In this document: piece after piece, positions 13,026 to 24,562 of the stretch
Numbering within the stretch: position 1 is the first letter of the stretch
Layout of the letters: each line of letters begins with the position of its first letter
Assembly: GCA_051362555.1 (NCBI GenBank)
Contig: CM120644.1
Location: 15,398,534-15,462,533, forward strand
Source of the DNA: Lingula anatina
Taxonomy: Eukaryota > Animalia > Brachiopoda
Direction of reading: 5' to 3'
DNA length: 64,000 bases
Program-made: the position numbers and the translations under genes
The notes under the pieces: generated by a model
What the model was told of the DNA's origin: nothing
Database searches by the model: none
The model's input: the letters and a program-made list of their open reading frames with translations, nothing else

Positions 13026-14231
13026 AAGCCTACCTTTGGTGAAGATCTTTGAAGCATATATCTTTGGGGATGGCGAGGTGGGGCTTGGCTTAGAACTTGC
13101 TGATTTACTCGAAGTAGTTTTGCTTTCGTTTGGTTTGTCCGATACGGCGGGTGTCACTTTTGTTACTGATGACGAAGGAGTTGGCTGTTTTTCGGTAGAG
13201 AGAGCGCTTCCGTCTGTACTGGCACCTGGCGATAACGTTGGTTGAAGCGATGATGGTTCTGTCGACTGGTCCTTTGGTCCTGTAGTCATCTTGCTTGAGA
13301 CAGTCGTGTCGTCCCCTTGAGAACCCGGCGTGGTGGATGTTGGCTTTGTTGGCGTGGTAGTCGGCACTGTGCTTGATTCAGCGGATTTTCCCTCCGATGA
13401 TTGAACGGCAGAAGACGTTGTCAAGGGTCCGCTTTGTGTAGTAATTGGTTTGTTCGACTCGGTAGTGCCTTCCGATGTTCTGGCAGTGGTTGCTTTGATT
13501 GTCGGTGTGGTATTAAACTCTGTACTGGAATCAGAGGTGGTTACTGGGTTTGCACTAGAAGATATTGATGTCGATTTACCTGGTGGTAATTCCGTCGAGA
13601 CGGATGTGGTTGTGGTTGATGGTCCAGTCGAAGTGGATGTGGTTGTGGTTGGTGGTTCCGTCGAGACGGATGTGGTTGTGATTGATGGTCCAGTCGAAGC
13701 GGATGTGGTTGTGGTTGGGGTAGTAACAGTGGGTGTGGTTGGTTTGGTTGTACTGTTTGGTTGCCCAGTAGAACCAGCAGTAGGGGAGGTTTGACTACCT
13801 CCAGCACTAGCTGTTGATGAATACGTATGTTTACTAGTGGTTGATTCATTTAAAGTTGTATCAGCCACAGTTGTCGTAGTTGTAGGAGCATTTGTAGACG
13901 TAGACGTAGACGTAGAATCTGATGCACTTTCCGTGGATGACAATGTCTGCGTTGATGCATCTGTTGCAGTGGTCGTTGTACTGGTGTCATCCGCGCTTGT
14001 TGATTCTTTTGACGTCGTAGAAACCGACGTACTTCCCGAGGGTGACGATTTCACCGTTGATGCATCTGTCACAGTAGTCGATGTATCAGCGTTATTCGTG
14101 GTTGTACTTTCTGAGGATGACGACGCAGATGTATTGACAGTTGTCGTGGTATTTGTATCCTGACCGCTGACCGGTGATAAACACAATCTGCATATCACGA
14201 GCATCATAAGAAGCAGGGACGTGATCGTCAT
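8476..14231 (-). CDS. Transmembrane mucin, MUC3/12/13/17-like architecture (SP-PTS-SEA-Cys/EGF-TM-PDZ ligand), 7 exons, 666 aa
   Basis: join(14231-13034,12348-12221,11143-11088,10362-10157,9842-9644,9074-8880,8494-8476). All introns are GT-AG with consistent phases (1,0,2,1,2,2) and there are no internal stops. Signal peptide MTITSLLLMMLVICRLCLSPVSG; TM LIYGGIVVGVILFLIVMFVILWW followed by RRRR. Confidence 0.85.
8880..9074 (-). CDS. Mucin exon 6 (end of EGF, transmembrane helix, basic stop-transfer)
   Basis: ttctag|GTGCC ... AGCAA|gtgagt; encodes CRSENH..SHC..LIYGGIVVGVILFLIVMFVILWWRRRRSKK. Confidence 0.9.
9644..9842 (-). CDS. Mucin exon 5 (Cys-rich/EGF-like)
   Basis: tttcag|TGGGC ... TGCAC|gtgagt; contains CARKCENWDCNGRGECQV..ATCT. 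Confidence 0.9.
10157..10362 (-). CDS. Mucin exon 4 (C-terminal half of SEA-like domain)
   Basis: ttctag|AGATAC ... CAAG|gtatgt; encodes DTDVLGEINVTYSIIFP..ASFDRQ. Confidence 0.8.
11088..11143 (-). CDS. Mucin exon 3 (56-nt SEA exon)
   Basis: ctgcag|TTCCGT ... CTCAG|gtttta; bridges phase 0 to phase 2 exactly; encodes FRFQRDLDRSQNLGVKKLR. Confidence 0.7.
11164..12000. mobile_element. Foldback-type non-autonomous element (~840 bp) with ~290-bp inverted arms
   Basis: GGACAATTCCCC repeats at the left end mirror G-runs/TTGTTCTGA at the right end. Internal matches include GAGTACAAGTACAGAAAG / CTTTCTGTACTTGTACTC and GGGTAAACAGATGA / TCATCTGTTTACCC. Confidence 0.75.
12221..12348 (-). CDS. Mucin exon 2 (start of SEA-like domain)
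   Basis: ttctag|GATCA ... CAGCAG|gtagga; encodes GSEEIKNLTKGLHLSFILNST..DYLEQQ. Confidence 0.8.
12600..12954 (+). mobile_element. Helentron-associated (HINE/pearl-like) element with two ~132-bp core repeats and an (ACAG)n tract
   Basis: Tandem core units (..CACCAAAAACTAATC..AAAATCGGTCCAT), then (ACAG)n and a TTGGCGGAGGTAA end. Homolog at 50866-51026. Confidence 0.6.
13034..14231 (-). CDS. Mucin exon 1: signal peptide plus Thr/Ser/Pro-rich domain
   Basis: ATG at 14231, T/S-rich ORF, donor AAG|GTAGGC; (CA)n intron sequence follows. Confidence 0.9.
13591..13718 (-). repeat. Two 66-bp mucin tandem repeats (TTTTSxSTGPSxTTTSVSTE)
   Basis: TCCGTCGAGACGGATGTGGTTGTG recurs at 13591 and 13657. Confidence 0.85.
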
Positions 14232-14398
14232 TTTTAAACCGCCGTTATGGATGTCCGCTTAGCAAAGTGGTCTTTGATCATAATCAGAAAAAAATATAAA
14301 GTAACTTATAAACGATCATTTCAATAGCCGAGAAAATTGGTTTAAGTTGAGAAAGACAGTTTTCACAGTTTTTGTTACCCAATTCAGTGTCTCCTGTC

Positions 14399-14404
14399 TT
14401 TATA
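14399..14404 (-). promoter_or_regulatory. Candidate TATA box of the mucin gene
   Basis: TATAAA on the minus strand ~170 bp upstream of the ATG; AT-rich context, so weak evidence. Confidence 0.35.
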
Positions 14405-16519
14405 ACAGAACTCTTTTTAAAATAGTTAACCTTTTTATTGTTTTATTTCCGTTTTTCAAAAACCAGAGGATCAGTTAATTTAGAAATATTCTGTTTGAAA
14501 CGGAGTTAATTACTAGTTTTGCAAATATTTACTTAAAATGTTTATCTTAAATTATTGTATTTTATTCAGTTAAACAAATACTATACCAAACAGAATATAA
14601 TGGAAAACTCCAATATATACCCTCAAGATCATACAATTTTTTCTAATTCGTTTGTAATTTATTCATTAGTTTTAAGGTAAATACACACTATAAATAAACC
14701 TTTTCATCTGCTTCTTTAAGTCACTTTTTGAGAACAACTGGACTTGGTTTTATTTCAACTATTAAAATATCTAAGTCAACGGCGAACCGCTGAAATTGAG
14801 CGCGTCACCTCAACCTACCTGTTGAACTGGGTGTCCGCCAATTCAGTAACGATAACTTAACTCTTCTTCTTCCAACTTCTAAACCAATATACCCCAAGGC
14901 TAACATACAAATTGAAACGATTCAAAATAATCAATAAGAGTGTCGCAACAAAATAAAGCTTGATGCCTTTTGAAAACGAGTATCTCCAGAGAGAGTAAAA
15001 TAACTGCCGGGGTCGCTTGAATATTTCAGTTGTTACTCCAGCACGTTTTATCGCAAGTTCCTGGTTGTTCTTTTCAGTAAATATAAGCCAACACGTTTGT
15101 GTAAACACACATTTTGATAAAAACTCAATAGATAGAACCCTCTTTCGTGGCTGCCCAACAACGCATTGCGAATTAACACACAACTGACATATTAAGCACC
15201 CCTGTGCAAACCTAAACTTATCACGTACTATTTAGGTCTATGTGTAACACTTTAGATAAAACAACTTGTAACGTAAATTAATGAGTCTTAGTCTGAGGAG
15301 AGTTTGGGCATGATTTATTGTATTTCTTTTGTAATTGCTTTAAGTGATTAATGGACACACGGGGAGATTTATGAGGTAGAAGAAGGCGCGCTGTTGCGTT
15401 GGGAGAGACAACTCAATCTTAATTGTGACAGCGCAACACATGCAATTTGGAACCTGAAATCGAAAAGGAGCCGAGATTTCCTTATTCAATGGCCCACCAA
15501 GACGAAAATAAAGTATCTACCCCACCTCCCATCCCAAACAAACGCTCCACTAGCCTCCGTGATATCCGGTTTTAGAATTGTAGCAATATGGCACGAGACT
15601 TCATGATTACTCCTCCATTTTCTACTGACCTGGGTTCTATCCGACCACCTCTCACCATAATGCTCACCTGATTTGCCAGAAAGTATTAATAGGTTACTTT
15701 CTTTCCGTATAGAAGCCTCGGATTGAACTTTACTTTTTAAAATCAGACGCAAAAGCTCCCCCATCCCGGGAAAGGGATTCGGGTTTGATGAAATAATTAT
15801 GACCACCCCCCCCCCCCCAAAAAAAAAACTTTATATTGCCATTAAACTTGGTATTACGTGATCAGGCAGAGCAATGAAAGTTCATATGTCTAATGAACGA
15901 AATACAGTGGGATTGTGTTAGAGAGGATAAGATGCAGTTTCACCCTTTCTACCAGTTACTGATATTTATTTTTGTCATTATAATTTTATTTTTAACTGTT
16001 ACAGCTATATATGCGTTTTTGTACGTTACCAAGACATAAACTCATGATTAAAAATAAACACCTCGAGGTGTTTTATGTTCAACTATTTTGACAAGTTTTT
16101 TTTTTCTTTCATACGGCAGTTGCGGGGGATTTTTATTAGATCATTTTTGTAGCGTAAAGTGACTTATACTCTAAGACGGCTAAGCCCTTTAGTAGCCCTT
16201 CGCCACTGCACTTGTGGTTGCATTGAATTACATTGTGTTTTACATCACTGAATGTATATAAATAATTACAATATAGACGGCTAGAAATGCCGATGTGACA
16301 GGAATTGTGGTCAGCTTGAAACCGTAGACTGTTCCCCATTACTTTGTACGGGTGACATTTGTCCCAAATACTAACCTCAATTCTCCGACTAACCCTAACC
16401 TGCATGTAATGAGCATATGGGACCTCTGACTTCCATTCCTAGGACCTTCATTCTTTTTTTTTACGTGCGTATTGACATATTCATATAAAACAAACAAGAA
16501 CAACTGAATTAGATGTAAA

Positions 16520-16525
16520 TTTATT
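16520..16525 (-). terminator. Candidate polyadenylation signal of the GPCR (3'UTR ~1.6 kb)
   Basis: AATAAA followed ~15 nt later by a GU-rich element GTTGTTCTTGTTTGTTTT. Confidence 0.5.
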
Positions 16526-17610
16526 TTGATCATTACAACGTCTTATTTATCAAAAATGAATGTATCACAGTGGACGTTACACACAATGGTATCGAACAAT
16601 AACAGGCGTTACTGCTTACAGTTATTCAAACCCACTTGGCGTTAATACGTCATGAATGAAATTTATCTTTTCTCGCCATTATGGCGTTGTCTGGTATAAA
16701 CATTGGTACAACATACAAAATATATATAAAATAAATGCTGTCAGCTTGATTTTTTACTGTAATTGTATTTAGTCAAATAAACGTGTCACACCCATATATA
16801 AAATTGGTACCTACGTAACTCACGTAATACAGACCGGATACATTATTAATGACGTCATCAGAAGATCCACTCTCTTATGGACCTTTTCAGCAATACCCCG
16901 ACTCTGTTTTCAATCTATTATAAACACCATGAGCATACAAAGTTACTACAAATTTCCCTCTACAATTAGCATGCCTATGCTAATACATTTTACGAACGTG
17001 AATACGATTTAACTTGCAAAACGTTCACAAAAAATCCCGGATCATTCTTAAACATAGCAGCAATTTTTTAATGACTACGTTGCAGTTTTTCAAACTTTTT
17101 CTTTTGCTCATTAGGCCAAAAATAATTTTAAAAAAATGCACATCCAAAAATTAAAATGATAAGTTGCTGTCGAGTCAGCCAGGAAGCGTTCCTTCACAAC
17201 TGGGTGTTTTGAATCTACATATAATAATGTAAACGGAATGAGGGAGGTATTTAAAAGGAATAATGATAGGTTTCCATGTCCAGAGTATTATTAACAATCC
17301 ATTTATCAACAGACACTTATAATAGGTCTGTTAAGCAACTTCCATCTCGTCTTTAAACTTTGCCGACGTCGTTTACTCAACATTTCCCCCTAAACGAGAG
17401 GTACATCTTTATTATATACAAACACTTAAATACTGTGAAAGTAAAATCCTGTAAATATTTGTTGTCCCGACCCGTGGGGGCAAACGTCTTTATCACCTAA
17501 TGACGTCACATACGTTTGTTACGTCAAGTCGACCGCATCTTGATTTAAACAAAAAGGGTACTGCAGTCTTAAACAAATTTTGATAGCTGCTTTGCTAACA
17601 CATACTTTCA

Positions 17611-17775
17611 TGACGCCTTAATCCACATTGGTCATGGATACGTCATATTTGATGGCGACTTAATCCACATTAGTCATGAAAACATCACATTTGATGACGA
17701 CTTAATCCACATTGGTTAAGAATACGTCACACTTGAAGGCGAATTTATCCACATTGGTCATGAATACGTCACATT
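17611..17775. repeat. Minisatellite, 4 x ~42 bp, in the predicted GPCR 3'UTR
   Basis: Unit approximately TGATGGCGACTTAATCCACATTGGTCATGAATACGTCACATT. Confidence 0.85.
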
Positions 17776-18097
17776 CCTGAGGTAGTTTGAGCGCAAGACT
17801 TGAACTCTTGTGTTCACGTGGTAGATTTCCGCACTTTATTTGAACATCCCGCATGGAGTCTCATCTAAATAAAAGTCCATGTATTTTTCCAAATGGAAGT
17901 GTATAGATGCACAATTTTAAAAAAATTATTTGACTAACAAGTTTCATCTTTCTGCTGTAAGGTAAACACGTGGATCATGTTTACAACACTCCCAAATTTG
18001 AAAAGGACTCATGTGCGGACAGATTGCGGTCCATAATTTCTTAGTGTGAACACAGCAGCTCATTCATGGATGGCATCCAGTGTGCGTGCTTCCCTAA

Positions 18098-18769
18098 TCA
18101 CTTCATCGAAATACCTCCGGACATCGATCGACGTTGGAGAAGGACCTCTTGCTCCTCGGGGTCCCCCTCTTCGCAATGAGGCTTTAAGGGAAGATCCTTG
18201 GACAAAGAACTACCGCTTTCGTTCCCGGAGTCTCGGTGAAGCTTCTTTGGCAGAGATTCGATGACGGCAGTGCAGTTGTTATTGGGTAATAATACTGTAG
18301 ACTGATCCTTCCCAATGGAATCCGACAATTGTGAGTCCGAGTCAGCCCGTGAATTGCTTCTCCCAACAGTGACGTCATTTTCCGTGGTAGTGAAGTCATT
18401 TTCGATAAAATCGACGTCAAGCGTGACGTCAGCAACCCCATTGCTTTTGCCAAGAACACCATTCGACTTTCGTATTGGCAGTTCTAAAAGCACATTATTG
18501 TCTTTAACTTTGCGCGTTTGTGACGGCCGGTCGCTTGGTATATTGTTCCTCCCGTTTATCGGAGGAGAATCTCGTTTGATCACATTATTTGAGTGTATGG
18601 AGTAGTCCGAATGTCTGTTTCTACTCAGGTAAGATATTAAGGTGTTAATGTTTTTGGAGGAGCGGCGATCGTCGCCGAACCTGGACAGTTTGTATCTCTC
18701 CCATCGTTTACGTATCTCTGTTTTCACCTCGTTGTTGAGGAAACAGAACAGGAAGGCTATCACGGCTCC
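18098..18769 (-). CDS. GPCR exon 12 (end of TM7, helix 8, long C-tail)
   Basis: ttccag|GGA; encodes [23 protein letters not shown] ... stop at 18098. Confidence 0.93.
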   Translation of the reverse strand, partial: GAVIAFLFCFLNNEVKTEIRKRWERYKLSRFGDDRRSSKNINTLISYLSRNRHSDYSIHSNNVIKRDSPPINGRNNIPSDRPSQTRKVKDNNVLLELPIRKSNGVLGKSNGVADVTLDVDFIENDFTTTENDVTVGRSNSRADSDSQLSDSIGKDQSTVLLPNNNCTAVIESLPKKLHRDSGNESGSSLSKDLPLKPHCEEGDPEEQEVLLQRRSMSGGISMK

Positions 18770-18856
18770 CTGGAAAACACATATTGGAAAAGTCTCAGTA
18801 ATGTCCAGGTTAAATTAATGGTTTTCCAAAACAAAAGCTGAACTATGACTCCAATA

Positions 18857-18889
<33 letters not shown>

Positions 18890-21800
18890 ATATGTGTAAG
18901 GGCGAGCATGTGAGTGTGTACATGTGCGTGCGTGCGAATGAGCGCGTGGGTGTACATGCCTGTAATTGCGCGTGTGTGCGCATTCCTAAAATGCTGAATT
19001 ACTTACGGAGAATGATGTAAAGAACATTTCTAGGTAGAGGTAGGCCACCTCGACTTTCTCGTCCAGCTGTCCGTAGAGCAGGGTAAAGGTGATGAAGAGA
19101 AGATAGTAGACGCCAAACAAGGGCATAAGAACTAGGGTGGATTTGGCCAGTCTCCTGTAAATAGGAAGCGGAATAAGAATCAAATATTAGGTAATCACGT
19201 GGTATCTTTTGAAATTGGAATAAAAAAGGTTCTCGTTCGGTTTCTATGTAAGGGTACAAAAAATTACTCGAGTGGTGATGGCTTGTAAACAATGGCGTAA
19301 GACCAAGTTCGTTTTAAGGTTTCTTTTTCATTTTAACAAGTGAAGTTAAGCGGAGAAAGCAGCTCAATTTCCGGATACGTGTGATTTATACATTCTTAAA
19401 TCATTTTTATTTTACTATATTTATTTATTTGTCGGGACGTGGCAAAATACAAAATCTACAGAGCGAAAGAATTTTGAGCACGGAGATTTTTTCATAAGTC
19501 GATTGTTAGAATTTCCCACATATCAAACCTATCTCCAATGCATTTTCCACAGACAAGAGACAATGAACACTGTTAAGGTTTTATGTAATTCTATTTTGCC
19601 CATTAAGACCACCTCTCAGATAAAAATAAAATCAAACTGATTGAAAAGAGACACCCCAGGTCTGAGAGTCGGTATTTTTCTTTCTATATACACACATACG
19701 CGTATGACACAGCGCATGCGCCATTTGCCAAGTTAATAAAGCGCTGTATATGATAAAATCTACTGGTTAAAATAGTGTGTGGGGGAGATATAACGGTCGT
19801 AATGCCAAGCACATTTTGCGTGCAGCAGGTCACACAGGTTTCTAAAAAGCTCATTGCGTTCATTCAGATTATGTATAGTACTTGTATATTTAATGCAACT
19901 TATGCTATATATCTGATCACATGCAAAGAGCGTGCACTCTTGCCTACCTAGCACTGTGCCGGTTTGTCTACGTGTGAGGTCATACTCTGCTCCATACTTA
20001 CCACAAATAAAACCCTAAACCAATCTAAGTGAAAAAAAAATAAAAAAAAGGGCAACTGGGAAAAACTAAATGCAGAAAAACGCTGTGTGGTTTGCTGGAT
20101 GTCTTGTACATCTTCTTCAACGCAGGGACAGGAATCAAAACGCAGTTTTCATTTGAATAAAATGGCATGGCATTTGAATAAAATCATCATGGCGTGTGAA
20201 GCAATCAAATTTGGAATTATAAAGAAGAGACTTTGTTCAGAGGCTCGACAGCTCCATTCCAGATGCAATGGCGGCAACCCCCTCTACCAGCTCCCTCCCC
20301 CCCCCCAAAAAAAAAAAAAGAAAGAAAGAAAAAAAAAAGAAAGAAAAGAAAAGAAAAATGTCAACCTCGATTTCCCTAAAATCTTGGTTCCGCCACATGC
20401 AGCTAGAGGGAATCCAAGGAGAGGAAAATATTTCGTTAAATAGCACTACAGGGGCCTGTTTCACAGGCTCCTTTGGATCAGTTTCAAAGAAAGTCTAAAT
20501 TTTTGGGCTAATACCTTAGCCTACTAAGACTTCACCAACTAGGTTGTGTTTCCAGAAGAATCATACACGCTGTTCCCCTTGTCTTTGTTTCTATATCTTA
20601 ACAAATCCGCTGAGCAAATTATGGTAGCCTTCATTGCGTTTTAAAATCTCAGAGGTAAAATAAGTCCATTCAAAAATGTAAATAAAATTACATTTATCGT
20701 GTGTAAACCAACCTCTAAATTCCCATAGACTAATATCTAAAAATCGACATAGCATGTAAAGTCGGCTATCCATTTAGCCGTCTAAGCCAGCCGTCTAGCC
20801 CAAAAACTTTTAGCCTTTCTTGTGAAACCGGCTTCGCTAGCCTACGGGGCGCGTGCCTAGCAAAACATGTACCTGTACTTGTACCTCCTTGCCTGCTGGG
20901 AGCTACTGGCGCGTAGCTTGATAAACAGCACGCGGACGATGTTCAGGAAGATAATAATGTTTACCTGGAAGAAAGAGAGAGAGATTTCAGTATAATTTAT
21001 GCGGTAAAGTTAGTGTGAAAAGCATGTCGGAATTCCCATCGCTACCCCACTCTCAGATGTGGTCGACACAGGTTGGTAAACAAGTTTTTTTTATGTATCA
21101 CGTTTGAGTTTCAACATTAGCAGTTTAAAATAATCATTACATTTTACAATATTATTATTTTTGTTGTTGTTGTTGTTGGTGTCATTCAGTTTCTGTTTTA
21201 TAAAAATATGTTATACTTACCAGACATGTTAACACGTGGGATCCACGTAACACCCAGCTATACGGTTTGTCCGTGTGAGTGTTCCAACAGCTAAAACGAG
21301 AGTGATGATTTCCAAGCCTTAAAAACGGATAAGGAGTTTGCTAGCGCGAACTTTACGACTCGAGCCCCAGCGTAAAATTACTAGCCGCGAACACAGCGAT
21401 AAGACCCCCCCCCCCCAAACCGTAAATCCAAATCGTCTGTGTGTTTCAGTTGTCCTCGCTGCTACTTATTTTACGTTGGGGTACATTATTCCTGGCTCGA
21501 ATCGTTTGTAATCTTAAATCTAAGGCTGGCGTTAGCAAGTGGCAATTATCGTTTATGAGGCTTGATTTCATTTCAGACTGTTTTGGAAAATTAATGACAT
21601 GAAAAGTTGACTGTATCCGCGGTGTCCATTAGAAAGCTTATGTAATCAGCGTTCTGCAAAACAGAATTTGTCTTTTTTTTTGTAAACTTGTCCATTTTTA
21701 TTATCAATGTGTAAAGTCGATTTTAAGCTATCATTTTATAAAAACACTCAACCTGCGTCCCGACAGTGATTGCGTTAATGTTCAAGATAAGTTCCAGTCT

Positions 21801-24522
21801 GAAAACATTGAGCTATAGCACCAACGTATGTGGAAAAAATCAACAGTAACTTCAAAATGAAAAAAAAAACTTTATACAAATATCAAACGAAACATGTGCG
21901 TCACTGACGCGATTCAAAGAGGCACGATATTTGTGGAAAGACTCAGATAGCATTGGATACTTACTCCTGGTCGTCGTATGTAGCCTTAAGGATCGCCCAT
22001 GGTATCACAAACAGCAGTGGATAACCTGAAACATCATATACACACAGTAATTACTCAATACATTTGGATAACTTTTAAACTTTTAAAAACATATCCCACA
22101 CGCGGTTCTTTTAGTAAAAAAAGATAAAAACATCTGTAAGGGCCCATTCCCAATAAAACTATCGTTCTACGTAGATTATTCTACCGAAATCCTTAGGGAC
22201 TCTCGCTGAAAGCAATCAGATTGAAATATTATCTGGACGCATCATCACCATTTACGGGAAGAAGGGCCATAGATCAAAATTATAACAACATTAAACCTGC
22301 ATTTGGAATTCTTGTTATTTATCCTTTCATTAATTAATTTATTAATTTCACCCTACTTTATTATTTTATCATCTCTTTTTCTTATCCATAGAAGCAGTGA
22401 AAAACAACTGATCTACTCACACCATCCTAGAACTATGTACCACCGAATGCTGCTGTTCTCAGAGAAGACAGCCACAAAGATCAGCATGTGAAGGTACAGT
22501 CCTTCCATCAGAACCCAAGAGTAGTTGGCTCCAATGGCGTAGTGGAGCATCACGAAGAGAAGCTTGCACTCCCAATGCTGGAGAATCAAGAAAGAGAATG
22601 TTTCATCGCTTTCAGTGTCTCAACTAACACAATGGCGATGCGTCCATCAGACTAGTGTATTCAATTGGATGGAAAAAGTTCGCTAGGAATAGTGGTCTGT
22701 TTCCCATTACTTTGTAAAGGTAACATTCGACTAATACTGACCCTATTATTTCTAACTAATTGTAACCTGTATTCATCATATGTTAGAAAAGGAACATTAA
22801 ATGCACGACCCATTGAACCGCTTGGCTGCGACGCGGGTTAAAAATAATAAATGAACCACAAAAGAAATGAAAATAAAAACAGAGTCTGACTTCTGGCATG
22901 ATTAGATAATATTGAATGAATTGTAAACAAAAAATATTCCTGGAGCAATGATTGTGTTCATTTATATTTAAAACTCAGACAGGGTTTCCTGCCTGATTTC
23001 AAAACATGAATATAAATATTTGCTCACGGCTTGGACGATCATTATCTCTTTGAAACTTAATACCAAACAGAGTTTGTAAAAAAAAGTTTTATATTTGATG
23101 CAAGTTTAAAATACATATTCTATTGTCTAAAGAACCCTCGTTCCCTTTTTAAAATTTGGACAAAGGTATATCTAGTAAAGTTTGAAATCAGGAATCGAAC
23201 ACAGCAGATGGAAAATTTCACTTCCGGGAAAAGGAAAGAAATGATACAATAAAACGGTTCCCTGGTCTTCAAAAACACAATGACAGCGTATTATATCAGA
23301 CAGCAGTCTCCGTTGTCAAAGTTTGCCGATCAGTATTATAACGGTTTAGAGTGGTTTTGTTCAAATATTCATAGAGTCGAAATAAATGTTTGATGGCCAA
23401 GATTTCGATTACAATAAATTCGTATTGTATCTGAAAGTGGGCGTTAACGTAAAATAAGACCGATTTTTTCTGCCTCATGGTACCAAGTGCAATACATTAA
23501 CCTAGTGAAAAAGGGTTCGCCAACAATGACGAAACGACCTTGCTTATTATGTAGATTCAAGCACCCGCTATTACACTCGAAGAAAAAAGTTCGGAGGATT
23601 TTTATCTCAGGCAGAAATCAATGTCTGTCGGTGACCGTGACCTATAGATTGCATATGCATTAATTACAAGTTACTCAGTCGAGCTACGTGCGACAATTTT
23701 ACGTGGGCACGGCGGGTACACAGGGGTACTAACATTTAGACTCTCAATATGATCTTAACTTTTTTCTTGCAGAGACTCAATCAACTCCGCTTTTCTACTT
23801 TGCATTAATACGTTGAAATAATGATCTCTTTTTCAATAACACCAACAATTTCTTTTTTTATTAATTAGTTATAATTAATTGATTAATTTGTTAGCTTGAT
23901 TTCATTAACTGTTTGTTTCGACCCTAGAATATTTTATAATGACATGTACCATTGAGTACGATTACGAATAAATAGGCGCCAAACAACGAGAGATTTAACT
24001 CGTAAATGGTTGATTGTCACCTCTAGCTACCAGGTTGAGGTCAGTCGATTTTATTTGACGGTAGCCATCAATAAACTGGGACATCTAAACCCTTGGAACA
24101 ATTACGCTGTGAAAATGGTGTAGCAAAAACTTGACAAATCGTTATTTACATTCTTTTTGCGTTGACCGATATACCCAAAGGAACGTTATACTAGTAAGTG
24201 CTAGACGTATCTTATTCATAAGGTCACAGGAAATGCTGCAAGCGATGTGACATTTCTATCAGAGACAGCTGACACTGGAACAATTACCAAAAACCTTCGC
24301 AATTGTTTCCCAATAAACACACTTGCATAAAGCTTTCTAGCCGTTCTTATTCATTGATTTTCACATCCTTTCCGGCAAAAGAATCGTATATCTTAGACAA
24401 TAAATGTAAATTATTGATGGGGTGATTATAACATAATTGAATAAGTATTTAACCAATGCAGTCAGAAAGCTGTTTCTTAATTTCAGGTTCTTAGCTGTTC
24501 TAAAAACAAAAGAAAACTCTCT

Positions 24523-24562
<40 letters not shown>

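Noticed and set aside
12924-13033. C-terminal YVCVCVC...LLLYLSV of the 435-aa ORF as a TM or Cys-rich tail
   Set aside because: It is (TG)n intron sequence past the AAG|GTAGGC donor; the real protein continues in downstream exons.
13036-14163. Val-rich plus-strand ORFs and the Gln/Pro/His-rich alternate-frame ORF
   Set aside because: These are antisense or frame shadows of the Thr-rich mucin codons.
17611-17775. 42-bp repeats as a CRISPR-like array
   Set aside because: Head-to-tail units with no unique spacers, no cas genes, and a eukaryotic context.
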